Shown here: positions 52,989-54,215 of the stretch, piece by piece
Layout of the letters: every line of letters begins with the position of its first letter
How positions within the stretch are numbered: position 1 is the stretch's first letter
Made by a program: the position numbers and the translations under genes
Notes under the pieces: model-generated
The model's input: only the letters and a program-made list of their open reading frames with translations
The model's database searches: none
What the model was told of the DNA's origin: nothing
Source of the DNA: Chloracidobacterium sp.
Lineage (GTDB): Bacteria; Acidobacteriota; Blastocatellia; Pyrinomonadales; Pyrinomonadaceae
DNA length: 54,215 nucleotides
Direction of reading: 5' to 3'
NCBI GenBank assembly: GCA_031376085.1
Contig: JANMDA010000227.1
Coordinates: forward strand, 1-54,215

Positions 52989-54215
52989 GTCTCGCGCTGG
53001 ATATTTATCACAAATTGCCCGCTTCATCGCGCACGCTGGTTGCGAGCGCGCGTGGGTATTACCTGCGATGGTGTAGGTACGATAAAGAAACCGACAAACT
53101 GGTTGAAGAAGCATTGGAGCGCGATATGTGGGACGAAAACCAATGGGCTGATTGGCGCGCGGGAAGGCTTTCATACATCTTGCACCGGGCAGCGACTGAG
53201 GTTCCTTACTATCGTCACCAATGGCAAGAGAGACGGCGGCAGGGCGATACTGCATCGTGGGAATATTTAGAAAACTGGCCGATCCTTGAAAAACAAACTT
53301 TGAGAGAGAGCGGTAACGAGTTTGTTGCTGATGACTGTTCGATCTCGAAAATGTTTCACGATCACACAAGCGGCACTACAGGCACTTCGCTTGATCTGTG
53401 GTTCTCGTTTCAGTCGGTGAAGCAGTGGTATGCGCTTTTAGAAGCGCGAGCAAAAAAATGGTACGGCATTTCGCGAAAGGATCGTTGGGCGATCCTCGGC
53501 GGCCAGCTTGTTACGCCCGTTGGACAGCAGAAGCCACCTTTTTGGGTTTGGAACGCCGGGCTGAATCAACTGTATCTATCCTCATATCACCTTGCTCCGC
53601 ATCTGATCCCGTCGTACTTGCAGGCAATCGTTGATCACAAGATCAAATATATTCTTGGTTATTCTTCTGCGATCTATACGCTGGCCCAGGAAACACTAAA
53701 ACTTGGACGCAAAGATCTCAAAATGGAGGTCGTAATAACAAACGCCGAACCATTATATGAACATCAACGACAGACGATAAGCGAAGCCTTTAGTTGTCCG
53801 GTCCGTGAGACTTACGGGATGTCCGAGACTGCCGCAGCCGCCAGCGAGTGCGAGCACGGATCGATGCATCAATGGCCGGATACCGGAATCATTGAAACTG
53901 TCGAAAGTGGTGATGACTCTTCAGACTTTATCTGTACGGGCCTGATCAATGTCGACATGCCACTTATTAGATACAGAGTCGGCGACGCCGGCAAACTTTC
54001 GGACGCGAAGTGTGATTGCGGAAGAAAACTGCCGCTTATTGAAAAGATCGAGGGCCGAAGCGACGACCTCTTATACACTGCGGATGGAAGGCGTGTCGGG
54101 CGATTAGATCCGATCTTTAAGAGTAACTTTCCCATCACTGAGGCACAGATCATTCAGAAAACACTGAAGCAGGTCAATGTTAAATATGTTCCGGCCCACG
54201 ACTTTACTAAAGACA
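52985..54215 (+). CDS. phenylacetate-CoA ligase-like (PaaK/CapK family) adenylate-forming enzyme, C-terminus outside window
   Basis: Not in the supplied ORF track because it has no stop inside the window. I translated it by hand from ATG 52985 (ATGA overlap with the preceding stop) and it stays open to the window end. It contains the adenylation motif HTSGTTGTSL, plus YGMSE and IRYRVGD. Confidence 0.7.
   Translation, partial: MSLALDIYHKLPASSRTLVASARGYYLRWCRYDKETDKLVEEALERDMWDENQWADWRAGRLSYILHRAATEVPYYRHQWQERRRQGDTASWEYLENWPILEKQTLRESGNEFVADDCSISKMFHDHTSGTTGTSLDLWFSFQSVKQWYALLEARAKKWYGISRKDRWAILGGQLVTPVGQQKPPFWVWNAGLNQLYLSSYHLAPHLIPSYLQAIVDHKIKYILGYSSAIYTLAQETLKLGRKDLKMEVVITNAEPLYEHQRQTISEAFSCPVRETYGMSETAAAASECEHGSMHQWPDTGIIETVESGDDSSDFICTGLINVDMPLIRYRVGDAGKLSDAKCDCGRKLPLIEKIEGRSDDLLYTADGRRVGRLDPIFKSNFPITEAQIIQKTLKQVNVKYVPAHDFTKD

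Noticed and set aside
1-54215. CRISPR arrays, transposases/IS ends, integrases, prophage, toxin-antitoxin or known defence-system genes (including a possible island at the tRNA-Ala)
   Set aside because: I scanned the translations and intergenic DNA. There are no spaced direct-repeat arrays and no DDE, serine or tyrosine recombinase-like ORFs. The tRNA-Ala is flanked by ordinary genes, and the only nearby repeat is the 15-bp leader duplication.

Overview
This is a 54.2-kb chromosomal window from a diderm (Gram-negative-type) bacterium. The gene content hints at Acidobacteriota: carboxypeptidase-regulatory-like N-terminus on an outer-membrane (OM) protein, Pro/Thr linkers, non-cellulosomal dockerin/cohesin, and exopolysaccharide (EPS) genes of the kind seen in PEP-CTERM-style loci. 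Taxonomy cannot be established from the window alone. Layout: (i) 1-3.7 kb holds the 3' end of a crotonase gene, a tRNA-Ala(GGC) with its own promoter-like signal and terminator, and a 976-aa secreted beta-helix/dockerin/cohesin protein. (ii) 3.9-23.1 kb is a dense multihaem c-type cytochrome locus in two divergent operons. It has six cytochromes with 43 CXXCH motifs by my count, an OM beta-barrel, a secreted double GlcG-like protein, a membrane protein combining cNMP-binding, 4x[4Fe-4S] and His-x13-His helices (interrupted by an in-frame TAG), an FHA-TM-heptahaem cytochrome, a membrane-anchored ferredoxin-flavoprotein and an anchored TPR protein. I consider this the best candidate for an undescribed system: a trans-envelope electron conduit with second-messenger and phospho-Thr inputs fused onto the redox subunits. 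(iii) 23.2-27.3 kb holds an asparagine-synthase-like gene lacking the Cys nucleophile and two divergent paralogous LuxR-type regulators around an 871-bp AT-rich non-coding region. (iv) 27.6-54.2 kb is a large polysaccharide locus: Wza/Wzc, neuBCA (nonulosonic acid), Wzm/Wzt, GT2, 3x GT4, a Wzy/O-antigen-ligase-like protein, two more AsnB paralogues, a formyltransferase, PIG-L, PhyH-like, FemAB-like and PaaK/CapK-like genes, and two unknown GT-B-like paralogues. I recognised no rRNA, CRISPR array, transposase, integrase or phage genes. All calls rest on reading the ORF translations and the DNA by eye; no searches were run.
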